Source: Nitrosopumilus sp. (GTDB lineage: Archaea; Thermoproteota; Nitrososphaeria; Nitrososphaerales; Nitrosopumilaceae). Taken from it: a DNA stretch of 32,000 bases. The DNA is taken from positions 1,243,533 to 1,275,532 of the forward strand of contig OZ242186.1 in the NCBI GenBank assembly GCA_965205675.1. The letters run 5' to 3'. The notes beneath the pieces were generated by a model that worked only from the letters and a program-made list of their open reading frames with translations, was not told the DNA's origin and did no database searches. Position numbers and translations under genes: made by a program. Shown here in pieces: positions 1 through 9,097 of this stretch; positions within the stretch are counted from its first letter, which is position 1, and every line of letters starts with the position of its first letter.

Positions 1-2000
1 AAGAAAGAGGAATTACAATTTATCAGGCAAATGTCACTTTACACTTTTCTAAAAATGATACAGAATATGTCATCAACATGATTGATACTCCAGGACACGT
101 AGACTTTAGTGGAAGAGTTATCAGGAGTCTTAGAGCAATTGATGGCGCAGTAGTTGTTTGTGATGCAGTAGAAGGCATCATGACTCAAACTGAGACTGTA
201 ACTCGAATGGCTCTAGAAGAGAGAGTAAAACCGGTTTTGTTTATCAACAAAGTAGATAGACTAATCAAGGAATTACGATTAACTCCAGAAAAAATGCAAG
301 CACAACTAGCAGAAGTTGTTTCAAACTTTAACACATTAATCGATACATATGCTGAACCAGAATACAAAGAAAAATGGAAAGTATCTATTCAAGACTCTAG
401 TGTAACATTTGGTTCTGCAAAAGACAGATGGGCAATTAATTTAGAATTAATGAAAGAAAGAGGAATTACATTCAAAGATGTCATTGATGCATATGAGAAT
501 GAAAAAGTTGCAGAACTTGTAGAGAAAGCACCGCTAGCTGATGCAGTTTTGGGAATGGTAGTAAACCATCATCCTGCACCACATGAGGCTGTAAAATATA
601 GAATTCCACAAATCTGGAAAGGGGATTTGAATTCGGATGTTGGAAAAGCATTACTTGCTTGTGATGATAATGGCCCAACTATTATGATGGTAGTTAACAT
701 GGTATTAGATCCTGCCGCAGGTCCTGTTGCAATTGGAAGACTATTTTCGGGCACCATCAAAGATGGTCAAACTATCAATATTATAGATGAAAAAAGAGAA
801 GGGCGTGTTCAATCAGTCAATTTCTTTATGGGTAACCAAAGAGAACAAGTTGGAGAATTAGGTGCGGGAAACATTCCTGCATTATTGGGATTAACTGAAT
901 GTAGAGCAGGAAATACACTATCTTCTGTAAAAGACATTCCAATGTTTGAAGGTGTAAAGTATGTCTCAGAACCAGTTGTGCAAATTGCAATTGAACCAAA
1001 ACATCCTAAAGATTTACCTAAACTTGTAGAAATCCTACGACAGTTAACCATCGAAGATCCAAATCTTATTGTAAAAATTGATGAAGAATCCGGTGAAACA
1101 ATTATTGCCGGAATGGGTGTGTTACACCTTGATGTTGCAACACACAGAATTCAAGATGCAAAATGTGAGATTGTAACTTCTGAGCCTTTGATTAACTATA
1201 GAGAAACTGTAAAAGGCACATGTGAACCAATCATGGCAAAATCACCAAACAGACACAACAAGATTTTCATGAAAGTAGAACAGCTGGAACCAAAAATTGC
1301 ACATATGCTAAGAACTGGTGAGATTTCAGATATCAAAGATAAAAAAATTGTATCAGATTTACTCAAAGAAGCAGGATGGGATACTGATACAATCAAGAGA
1401 GTGATGAAGTTTGATTCTCGTGGTAATGTTTTGATAAATGGAACAAAAGGTGTTCAATTTGTTCAAGAATCAACAGATTCTATTAATTCGGGATTTGAAG
1501 AAGTGATGAAAGAAGGCCCTCTTTGTAAAGAACAGATGAGGGATTGTAAGTTTATCTTTACTCACTTTGTTCCTCACGAAGACACAGCACACAGAGGTTT
1601 ATCCCAATTAGGCCCTGCATCACGTAGAGCATGTATGGGTGCATTACTTACTGCGGGTACTGCAGTGTTGGAGCCCACATTGGCTATTGAAGTTCGTGTA
1701 CCAACGGATTTGGTTGGAAACGTTGCAACCATACTTTCGGGTAAACGTGGCAAGGTACTTGACATGTCACAAAAAGGCGCATCAAGTATTGTAGTAGGTG
1801 AGATTCCAGCTTCTGAAACGTTTACGTTATCTGAAGCAATGAGAGGTCAAACTGCGGGACGTGCAACATGGAACACATCATTTAAGGAATGGACTGAAGT
1901 TCCAAAATCAATGCTAGCAGATGCAGTAGCAGATATTAGAAAGAGGAAAGGGTTGGCACCAAATCCACCGGGTGTTGGTGAATTTATTGATAAAGAATAA
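1..2000 (+). CDS. fusA: translation elongation factor 2 (aEF-2), 5' end cut by window edge
   Basis: The frame is open from nt 3 (ERGITIYQANV..) upstream of the listed ATG at 78. GTPase motifs DTPGHVDF and NKVDR are present, as is the domain IV diphthamide loop HEDTAHRG. Length and domain order fit EF-2/EF-G. Confidence 0.95.
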   Translation, partial: ERGITIYQANVTLHFSKNDTEYVINMIDTPGHVDFSGRVIRSLRAIDGAVVVCDAVEGIMTQTETVTRMALEERVKPVLFINKVDRLIKELRLTPEKMQAQLAEVVSNFNTLIDTYAEPEYKEKWKVSIQDSSVTFGSAKDRWAINLELMKERGITFKDVIDAYENEKVAELVEKAPLADAVLGMVVNHHPAPHEAVKYRIPQIWKGDLNSDVGKALLACDDNGPTIMMVVNMVLDPAAGPVAIGRLFSGTIKDGQTINIIDEKREGRVQSVNFFMGNQREQVGELGAGNIPALLGLTECRAGNTLSSVKDIPMFEGVKYVSEPVVQIAIEPKHPKDLPKLVEILRQLTIEDPNLIVKIDEESGETIIAGMGVLHLDVATHRIQDAKCEIVTSEPLINYRETVKGTCEPIMAKSPNRHNKIFMKVEQLEPKIAHMLRTGEISDIKDKKIVSDLLKEAGWDTDTIKRVMKFDSRGNVLINGTKGVQFVQESTDSINSGFEEVMKEGPLCKEQMRDCKFIFTHFVPHEDTAHRGLSQLGPASRRACMGALLTAGTAVLEPTLAIEVRVPTDLVGNVATILSGKRGKVLDMSQKGASSIVVGEIPASETFTLSEAMRGQTAGRATWNTSFKEWTEVPKSMLADAVADIRKRKGLAPNPPGVGEFIDKE

Positions 2001-2061
2001 AAATTAAAATCTCCAAAACCATTCATAAATTTCTAACGATTCTTGTAAACTGATCAACATA

Positions 2062-2090
2062 TTTTTGTAACTGTCTAGAGTTTTGAAGTA
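2062..2090. repeat. IS terminal inverted repeat (left)
   Basis: Exact reverse complement of 3454-3482. It overlaps the transposase stop codon. Confidence 0.9.
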
Positions 2091-3415
2091 AAATCTCCAA
2101 GATATTCTAAAGAATAATCATGAAAGTTTAATCCTCGTAATCTGCATGTCTCCTTTATACTCATCAGTATCTTATGAGAATCAGCACCATGAATGGTTCT
2201 ATGACCGTTTGTAATTTTACGAATTATCACATTTGGTCTGATTGCCCTCTCTGCTGTGTTATTGTGTGAATCAGTTCCAGTAATTAGGAATGTAAAAAGC
2301 ATTTTTCTCTCACGTTTCAATCTTTTTACAAACCTGATACAGTTTTTCTCTGTGTATTTTTTTGATATGATGTGATTAATTCTCCTTTCAAGATTCTTTT
2401 TTGCATGGATTCTTTCTGATTCTGATTTTATTTTTGCCACACCATGAGAGTCATAAATTATTTTCTTGAGATTCTTGGCAAATGGTGCAAATTCTGGTCC
2501 GGGATTCTTGTGATTAATGGTATCATTAACCTCTCTGAGATAATGGATGTGACATTTCTGGCGAGTTGTTCCAACATGGTTCCATGCAGGGTACGAATCA
2601 CTTGTAATGTTGCCATCATATCCCTTGAGAATTCTCTTGGGAACATCCATTGAACGTGATTTGTCAATCTCGTAAATTACAGTCCATTTACTCACAAATG
2701 CCCACAACCAGTGGTTCTGGCCATCTACCCTCCAACTTGTCTCATCACCATGTATGTTTAGATCTTCTTTTAACTCCACAATCATTGTATCATATCTGCT
2801 CCCAAATGCTTTTGATACTATTGATACTGCATGATTAATTGCAGATTCTGTAATGTGCAGTGAGAAGAGCATCTGCAAAAGATGAGATATTTTACCATAC
2901 GATAATCCGATAGTTTTTAGTGATGTGATTAGCACCATGAGCCTAATTCCAAACCTTTCATTTGACAGTACAGTGTGAATGTTACCCGAGATTTGTTTTT
3001 TGCAGTTTGTGCAGTATCGTCTAACTATCGTATATTTTGTCACAACTGCTTTTGCAGGAATGATGTCTTCTACTATTCTGGTGTATGAATCAGTTGGTTC
3101 TGAGAGTGATTTGCCACATGTGTTGCACTCTTTTTGGTCAACTGTAATGGCATCATCAATGTGTGCCCGTCTGCTTCTGCTTTTTCTAGGATGTCTTGAT
3201 GTTTTCTTCTTTTTTGCAGTTTCAGTCTTGTTTGGTTTTGCTTTGATATTTCTTGCAACAAGTGTAGACACTGTTTGTTTTAGTTCTGCAATTTCTCTGT
3301 GTAGTGATTCAATATCTTTGCGTAACTGACGGTTTTCTTGCTCCAGCGAGTGACATCTGTTACGATAATATTCCAGCTCATCATATACTGACAATTGTAT
3401 ATTGTAATTTGTCAC
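2075..3415 (-). CDS. DDE transposase, IS66-family-like
   Basis: 446 aa. N-terminal coiled coil (LEQENRQLRKDIESLHREIAELK), a CxxC..CxxC zinc finger (CNTCGKSL .. CTNCKKQ), then HGDETSWRVDGQNHWLWAF, which resembles the IS66 TnpC DDE core. Confidence 0.7.
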   Translation of the reverse strand: MTNYNIQLSVYDELEYYRNRCHSLEQENRQLRKDIESLHREIAELKQTVSTLVARNIKAKPNKTETAKKKKTSRHPRKSRSRRAHIDDAITVDQKECNTCGKSLSEPTDSYTRIVEDIIPAKAVVTKYTIVRRYCTNCKKQISGNIHTVLSNERFGIRLMVLITSLKTIGLSYGKISHLLQMLFSLHITESAINHAVSIVSKAFGSRYDTMIVELKEDLNIHGDETSWRVDGQNHWLWAFVSKWTVIYEIDKSRSMDVPKRILKGYDGNITSDSYPAWNHVGTTRQKCHIHYLREVNDTINHKNPGPEFAPFAKNLKKIIYDSHGVAKIKSESERIHAKKNLERRINHIISKKYTEKNCIRFVKRLKRERKMLFTFLITGTDSHNNTAERAIRPNVIIRKITNGHRTIHGADSHKILMSIKETCRLRGLNFHDYSLEYLGDFTSKL

Positions 3416-3453
3416 TGATCAGAAAAGATATAGATAAAAAATATTAAAGAAAG

Positions 3454-3482
3454 TACTTCAAAACTCTAGACAGTTACAAAAA
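3454..3482. repeat. IS terminal inverted repeat (right)
   Basis: Exact reverse complement of 2062-2090. Confidence 0.9.
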
Positions 3483-3868
3483 ATTCTTTTATTACAATAT
3501 CATCTGTAAACGACTACAGGTTATTGCATAACCCTTGATACTGATCTTGAATAACAAAGCTTGAATAAATCAATTATTTCTATGTTTTTTGTTTAGATAA
3601 GATGTGTTTTAACATCCACCAGCACACAGTGAAGACGTATTAGCTATCCACTGAATTTTATTGTACATTTGTCTAGTTATTTCTCATATCAAAATGTAAA
3701 AGATTGACTTGGCTTAGGAGAAAGAACAATTCTGAAAAACAGTCTGGGTTACCTATATGTTGTACAGTAAAGAAAAGATCTATCAAAGAGCGCGATGAAT
3801 CAAAATATACTAGATATTTTATTCTAAATAATACAATGTATGAGACCAGTTTTGTAATATGTTAGAAA

Positions 3869-4426
3869 ATGAAAACTAGATACAAATTATCACCATTACC
3901 TTTACTGGTAATTTTCTTTCAAATACTCATGGGATTATTTTCTTCAATGATGTTTTGGTTGGTCATAGGAACATATCACAAATACGGATTTCTATGGTTT
4001 CATTTTGGATTGGGAATGATTTGTGTTGTGGGCATTATTACATTATTCATATCTAAAAAAAATATTCGATTGGTCATCATAATCATAATTGCAGTGATAT
4101 GTACAGAAGTTGTTGCAATTATGGGGAGTACTTGGTATGTTGATATTTTAGGCTATGTTTACAATGAAGAATTTAAAAATTATCCTGAAGTTGTTGCATT
4201 TTATGACAGATATGATGATGTAGAAATTTACAGTCCAAACGATGAATACATACGATATGCACATATTTTTACAGATGGTAACGTGATTACATTAAACATT
4301 CGTCATGGTTTAGATTATTCTGAACCTGAAATGATGATTTATTGTGAGGTTGGAGATTATAATGTGACTACAAACATCTTGACTTATTTAAAAAATTATG
4401 ATTGTCTTGAGGATCAATATCCATGA
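3869..4426 (+). CDS. membrane protein, unknown function
   Basis: ATG ORF with three hydrophobic helices in the first ~95 aa, then an acidic/aromatic soluble domain. No family recognised. Confidence 0.5.
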   Translation: MKTRYKLSPLPLLVIFFQILMGLFSSMMFWLVIGTYHKYGFLWFHFGLGMICVVGIITLFISKKNIRLVIIIIIAVICTEVVAIMGSTWYVDILGYVYNEEFKNYPEVVAFYDRYDDVEIYSPNDEYIRYAHIFTDGNVITLNIRHGLDYSEPEMMIYCEVGDYNVTTNILTYLKNYDCLEDQYP

Positions 4427-4511
4427 AAATCACTTTATCACCAAAGAAGCAAAAGAGAGAAGAAGAGAATATCGAGTCTTGAGAATCAATGTCCATGAAA
4501 ATCACTTTATC
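4404..4511. repeat. 36-bp direct repeat pair (2 mismatches), 72-bp period
   Basis: GTCTTGAGGATCAATATCCATGAAAATCACTTTATC at 4404-4439 and GTCTTGAGAATCAATGTCCATGAAAATCACTTTATC at 4476-4511. The first copy covers the last codons and stop of ORF 3869-4426. Confidence 0.85.
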
Positions 4512-4826
4512 CCTACATGTAAAGTGGAGGTCCCACTTTCCCAAGTACGGATTTTGGAACTAATCTGCGCAAGTATTACTCTTATTTCTAGAAATTATTC
4601 TGTAGAGATTGAAAAGACATTACTGATATCGTTGATTTTAACAAGATTTTTTTATATATCTCAACTAATTGTTGCCTGAAAACATTTAGTTTAGAGACAT
4701 TATTTTCTTTCAAATTCTTTGAGCTATTCAGACATCTCAAAAACATCATTTGCTGAATCTTTTCAAATTCATGATTAATCGTTATTTTTCACCATATTTA
4801 TTTAATAGAATAACATTTATGATTCA

Positions 4827-6500
4827 TTGGTAAATTTTAGATACAAAATCATAAAGACTGGTTCAGGCTATCCCAAAAGGTTCGCAGTTATAATTTCTGA
4901 GTTTGTCATCGGAGATACAATATCCTCCGATTCATTATTTCAAAGACATAAAGAGGAATTATTACAAAAACATTCTAAACCATCCAGTGTAAAGTCTGTA
5001 ATTTCACAGGCAATGGTATGGTCCAAAAAGCAGGGCATCATTGAGAGATACGATGAACTGTCCGTCCCAAAATGGTTTGAGGAATTAAAAACTGTTCATT
5101 ATTGGCAAGCACAACTTCGTGGCAGCAGATTCAAAAATCTAACTAGGAAAAATGCCAACAGCACAAAAACACAGTATTTGTATCATTTATGGAACTTTAA
5201 CAAATGGCTATCTGATAAGACCTTTGAGGTAAATATGCTTGTAAGTTCTGCAAACAATACCTTTGTTCAAAATACAGAAAAGAGGCAATTTGAAAACATT
5301 GAAGAATTGTTTTTGATACTAGAGCAACCGTTTGCAGAGAAGAAAAATGTGACTAGAATCGTAAAGCAGTATCTTTTAGATGATATACACAGAAACAAAA
5401 AGGCATCATACGTGATGATTATAAAAAACGCGATCAGGTCATATTTTGATAAAAACGAACAGCCCCTGCAAATCTCGTTTAACCCAAAAACACACTACAG
5501 CACTGAAACAGAATACGAGCAGAGCATGTCAGTTTCAGAACTGATGGAATTTCTCACAACTGGCAAGCCGTCAATACTTGAAAAAACCGTATTTTTGTGC
5601 AAGTTTCATAGGGGTCTTGATGTATCAACTTTGGTTGACAGATTCAATTATGAGGCATGGGAGCAGATGGTACAATGGTTTGGCTCTGAGAATCACAACT
5701 CTTGGGACTTGGAGAAATGTCCAGTGCCAATATCATTGACTAGAATAAAAACAGATTACAAGCATGTGGGATTTTTGGAGCAGGATGCAGTAGAGCAATT
5801 GCAAAAATATCTTGATTTTAGAAAGGCAAAAACTGGAAACGGTATGGAGAACAATCAGCCGTTATTCTTAAACAAGTTTGGCAGACCGATAACTGTTGAA
5901 TGGATATTGAGTAGATTCTCAAGTATTGCTAAACGTGCGGGAATCCAAAAGTCAGTAGAGACAAATGGCAGAAAGCAGTACAAGATGGACTCTCACGAGT
6001 TACGGGATTTGCTAAAATCCACACTGATAGATTCTGGGTGCAGAATTGATGTTGCAGACCACGTCATTGGTCACAAGCCAAAGGATTCCTATGAAAAACA
6101 GGCAAAATTGTACCCTGAGACTTTGCGAAAAGAGTATGCAAAGGCATCTAAACGTCTCAACATGTTTACCAAATTTACCTCAGTGGTAAACGGCACCGAT
6201 GATTCAGACGAATTGCGACTGGAACTCAAAGAAAATATGGCTCAGATGGAGAGTTTAAGAAATGATCTTATAATGGAGAAGGCAGTCAAAGACCGAGACA
6301 GGATGTTTGCAGACAGGCAGAGGGAGATAATGCGAGAAATGCAAAGGGAGATTGACGAGCTAAAGTCAGGTACAGACCACAGAACCCAGGAAAACACAGA
6401 GTTTTGCTGTGCCCAATGCAGTACAATTCACTCCAAAAAGTCTTGTCCTGCGTGCAATTCCAAGCTAAAGAGAATTTACGAGGATAAGGTACAAAATTAG
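4827..6500 (+). CDS. int: tyrosine recombinase / integrase, apparently lacking its native start
   Basis: Catalytic-domain signatures: HRGLDVSTL (Arg I region), HELRDLL (HxxR), HVIGH, and the nucleophile Tyr in KDSYEKQ. The C-terminus adds a coiled coil and a CxxC..CxxC zinc ribbon. The frame is open from 4809 but has only a TTG at 4827; the first in-frame ATG is codon 63. Confidence 0.85.
   Translation: MVNFRYKIIKTGSGYPKRFAVIISEFVIGDTISSDSLFQRHKEELLQKHSKPSSVKSVISQAMVWSKKQGIIERYDELSVPKWFEELKTVHYWQAQLRGSRFKNLTRKNANSTKTQYLYHLWNFNKWLSDKTFEVNMLVSSANNTFVQNTEKRQFENIEELFLILEQPFAEKKNVTRIVKQYLLDDIHRNKKASYVMIIKNAIRSYFDKNEQPLQISFNPKTHYSTETEYEQSMSVSELMEFLTTGKPSILEKTVFLCKFHRGLDVSTLVDRFNYEAWEQMVQWFGSENHNSWDLEKCPVPISLTRIKTDYKHVGFLEQDAVEQLQKYLDFRKAKTGNGMENNQPLFLNKFGRPITVEWILSRFSSIAKRAGIQKSVETNGRKQYKMDSHELRDLLKSTLIDSGCRIDVADHVIGHKPKDSYEKQAKLYPETLRKEYAKASKRLNMFTKFTSVVNGTDDSDELRLELKENMAQMESLRNDLIMEKAVKDRDRMFADRQREIMREMQREIDELKSGTDHRTQENTEFCCAQCSTIHSKKSCPACNSKLKRIYEDKVQN
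4839..4855. repeat. att-like core copy L (AGATACAAAATCATAAA)
   Basis: Matches 12050-12067 apart from a 1-nt difference in the A-run. It lies in codons 5-10 of the integrase ORF. Confidence 0.5.
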
Positions 6501-6638
6501 AATTTATTGTTTTTAATTGCTCGAGACAAGTCGCTTTTTCATGTTTCTTGCCAAGATTATCCAGGTAATCTTTTTTGGTTCCGTGCAATCTTTGAGGGAT
6601 AACTGAGATGAATATACTTGTAACCAATTTTCTAAAAT

Positions 6639-6767
6639 TTAATCAGGTTCTGTAAAGTTGTCGCTACCCAAAGTGTGAATTTTCTCCAGATTGGATTTAT
6701 GCCTAGAAATATTTTTTGACAATGTTTCATCCATAACAATTTTCCAATATTTCTTCTGTGTGTTCAT
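6639..6767 (-). CDS. small hypothetical protein (42 aa)
   Basis: ATG lies 3 nt after the stop of the upstream minus-strand ORF (MNTQKKYWKIVMDETLSKNISRHKSNLEKIHTLGSDNFTEPD). It is below the ORF-track cutoff. Confidence 0.2.
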   Translation of the reverse strand: MNTQKKYWKIVMDETLSKNISRHKSNLEKIHTLGSDNFTEPD

Positions 6768-6770
6768 TAT

Positions 6771-6977
6771 CTATCTGGTCATTTTTAATTCTGCTATTCT
6801 TTTGTTTATTCTTTTTTTCTGGGATTGCAGTTCATCTATCTCAGTCTTGCATGCTTTTGTTTTTGATTTGGGATCTGATGCGATTCCACAATAGATTTCC
6901 TTTCGGTCTTTGTCGTCATAATACACATAGTACAGATATTCTTTGTTGTGAACCTTGCGTATTACCTGTGATCCCAT
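6771..6977 (-). CDS. small basic protein, possible DNA-binding accessory factor
   Basis: 68 aa. YLYYVYYDDKDRKEIYCG, a hairpin-like segment, is followed by a coiled coil (IDELQSQKKRINKRIAELK). The overlapping + ORFs are low-complexity F/L/C strings, as expected for antisense artefacts. Confidence 0.45.
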   Translation of the reverse strand: MGSQVIRKVHNKEYLYYVYYDDKDRKEIYCGIASDPKSKTKACKTEIDELQSQKKRINKRIAELKMTR

Positions 6978-7280
6978 ACCCTATCAATTTTTTATTGTCA
7001 TTTAATAGTTTGGTATCAATATTTTATTGATAAAAGTTAATATTGTGGTGCCAACATATTGTTGATACAAAGCAAGAAAAAATAATTGGCTATGATGACA
7101 AATGGTGGGGGATACACCAGAATCTTTAGCAATTCTGAATCAGAGTTGGTATGAAGACAACTGTGACAATCTGAGCCAATCATTTTTTGATTCTCTTGCT
7201 TCTATTTATTTTTTCGAGGTGATCTCTTAATGAACACACAAGAATTCGGAGAGTCAAACAAAGGATGATGCAACCAGGCT

Positions 7281-7562
7281 GTGCAGTTTAGTTCAGAGAA
7301 GTTTCAGCGCAAGATCACAGAGTATACTTTAGTTCACTATATCGTGTCAAAGATGGACGGCATATTAATCTGGGACTGCCCAGATCATATCAAAAGAAAG
7401 TATGACTGTAAGCACACCAAGTCGGTTTTGGAATTAATCAAAAAAATGGCAGGATTGACAAAAAGGCACCTGCTGAGATGGCAGATGTTATGGCAGATGG
7501 TAAGAACAAGTGGAAAATCATTATCTAAAATGCCCGGTCTACACAAGGAAGATTCAATTTGA
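7281..7562 (+). CDS. SWIM-like zinc-finger protein, possibly decayed at C-terminus
   Basis: GTG start. WDCPDH-x8-CKHTKSV resembles the SWIM CxCxnCxH motif with one ligand changed. The 3' third contains a tandem ATGGCAGATG duplication and reads poorly. Confidence 0.35.
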   Translation: MQFSSEKFQRKITEYTLVHYIVSKMDGILIWDCPDHIKRKYDCKHTKSVLELIKKMAGLTKRHLLRWQMLWQMVRTSGKSLSKMPGLHKEDSI

Positions 7563-7720
7563 AGAAGATGTACAGTTCATGCCATCCCTCAAAGATGGGA
7601 TGTTATAACGATCAATATTTATCAAAGAATACCGTATATTACGGTACTGCGATTCTAATTTTTGGTTTTTCAAGCAAAAAGATCGCTGTAAATTAGAATA
7701 AGCGTCTGAGTGCCTCGAAA

Positions 7721-7906
7721 ACAAATTGCGAGAAATGTATCGAAAAGAGGGAAGTCCCTCAAGACATCTCAGACAGTGTTATTCTCATTTAATCTCTATT
7801 AAAATGTGCCAATACCAACGTATTGGTATACCAATACCGTTTTAGCTATTCTTTTATAGTATTTTTTCTCAACAAATGTTGCGAGAAATGTCATATGAAA
7901 AGTGGG
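7721..7906. promoter_or_regulatory. repeat-rich intergenic control region
   Basis: Two boxes share TTGCGAGAAATGT (7726-7738 and 7879-7891), each followed by GAAAAG-GGG. They flank a CCAATAC / GTATTGG / CCAATAC triple at 7809-7837. The region lies upstream of the + strand gene string starting at 8051. Confidence 0.4.
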
Positions 7907-8050
7907 GTGTAACGCCTGTCAAATAGTGGTGATACTGGAATCTCAGGGAAGATCAATCACAATTCTGGTCTGATATTAGATACGATAATCTCAGAATACA
8001 AATTATTTTGTGATTTTGAAGATTCAGGATTACCAGTAACAAAGGGTGCA

Positions 8051-8521
8051 TTGATACGCTGTGCAGTGATTCTCTTCTTTGAGGACATTTCAAGATTTAA
8101 ACAAAACCCAAAAATCCTACAGAGATGCGTCAATCGCGTATCAACTGACAAATTATTGGCAGAGATTTGCAGGAACATTCTACCAAACACAAAACTCGTG
8201 CTAAAAGACAAAAAAGATAACAACGAAACAACAATATCCACACAGGTTACGGCAGAGTCCCTCAAAATAATTGATAAAATAATTAATTCCTCAGAGATTG
8301 CATCCATATTTGAAGAGCTCGAAGAGAACGGGTTAATCGCAAACAGGGCAGGCGGCAATGTAAAATCAATTATTATTCGTGCATCGATATGCTATCTTTT
8401 GCGCAGATTAAATGATTTGAAGAAAAACCAGACGCTATATCAAATCGCAGTAACATTGCAATCTTCAGAAAAAACACTTGCAAAAATCTATGACGAAAAA
8501 TACAAGGGGACAAAGAATTGA
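8051..8521 (+). CDS. hypothetical protein
   Basis: 156-aa ORF with a TTG start. It is the first of a co-directional, overlapping gene string. No family recognised. Confidence 0.5.
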   Translation: MIRCAVILFFEDISRFKQNPKILQRCVNRVSTDKLLAEICRNILPNTKLVLKDKKDNNETTISTQVTAESLKIIDKIINSSEIASIFEELEENGLIANRAGGNVKSIIIRASICYLLRRLNDLKKNQTLYQIAVTLQSSEKTLAKIYDEKYKGTKN

Positions 8522-8784
8522 CATTCACATCACAGATCAAAACATGTTGCAACGCAAAAGATTTTGCATATTCTATAGCATACAAAAACCGTCCAGAAAC
8601 ATATGAAATATGTAATTCTTGCTGGAACAAAGAGGTCCAATATAAGAAAGATGATTCTACAATAAAGAACGTCAAGATATTACAAGTGCAAGTATCAAAG
8701 ATGGTCTGCAAGTCATGTAGTACTGTCGTAATTGATTCCATGGGATGTGAATCATGCCATCCCAAAGAAGAGGAGGAATCATGA
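8518..8784 (+). CDS. small cysteine-rich (zinc-binding) protein
   Basis: 88 aa with CC, CNSC, CKSC and CESC pairs. The start overlaps the upstream stop. Confidence 0.5.
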   Translation: MTFTSQIKTCCNAKDFAYSIAYKNRPETYEICNSCWNKEVQYKKDDSTIKNVKILQVQVSKMVCKSCSTVVIDSMGCESCHPKEEEES

Positions 8785-8933
8785 TTTATTCAAACATTAC
8801 AATTAACCAGATTGACAAATATCCTATCGCTCGACAAAGCTATACACTGTCAGTATGGTTAATGCCACGTAGTGCATCCCATTACGTGGTACATAGTTGC
8901 AATGACCGCAGATTCGCAGGGGTTAATACATAA
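8781..8933 (+). CDS. small hypothetical protein (50 aa)
   Basis: ATGA overlap with the stop of 8518-8784 (MIYSNITINQIDKYPIARQ..). Below the track cutoff. Confidence 0.3.
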   Translation: MIYSNITINQIDKYPIARQSYTLSVWLMPRSASHYVVHSCNDRRFAGVNT

Positions 8934-9097
8934 TGGAAAAAATACTAGGGTTTCACGAACTTGACTGGATTTATGCACTAGTTGTAATCGCTGCAAGAAA
9001 AAACAACATTACTGTTCCAAAATTAAAATCATTATTCTTAGAGATGCAAAAACTCGACAAACCGGTATGCAAGATTATTGTGGAGGAAAAAAATTGA
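8933..9097 (+). CDS. small hypothetical protein (54 aa)
   Basis: TAATG overlap with the previous ORF. MEKILGFHELDWIYALVVIAARKNNITVPKLKSLFLEMQKLDKPVCKIIVEEKN is helical and protein-like. Confidence 0.35.
   Translation: MEKILGFHELDWIYALVVIAARKNNITVPKLKSLFLEMQKLDKPVCKIIVEEKN

Larger units (their letters stand above)
2062..3482 (-). mobile_element. insertion sequence, IS66-family-like, single ORF
   Basis: A perfect 29-bp terminal inverted repeat TTTTTGTAACTGTCTAGAGTTTTGAAGTA sits at 2062-2090, with its reverse complement at 3454-3482. The repeats bracket one transposase ORF. I could not identify a target-site duplication. Confidence 0.8.

Noticed and set aside
185-1765. Several 60-80 aa minus-strand ORFs inside fusA.
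   Set aside because: They are antisense to a securely identified conserved gene. The same reasoning applies to the minus ORFs inside mcm (23445-24987), tfb (19767-20138), parB (20528-21064) and mod (30772-31843).
3629-3654. A C/D-box sRNA-like pattern: GTGAAGA, then 15 nt, then CTGA.
   Set aside because: The C box has a mismatch, and there is no C'/D' pair, second guide or terminal stem.
4398-4679. Track ORF of 93 aa.
   Set aside because: It is generated by reading through the two 36-bp repeats (VLRINIHENHF / VLRINVHENHF), and its tail is low-complexity. It is probably not coding.
6691-7030. Two overlapping + strand ORFs (67 and 90 aa).
   Set aside because: They are F/L/C/I-rich low-complexity translations, antisense to the more protein-like 68-aa minus ORF at 6771-6977.
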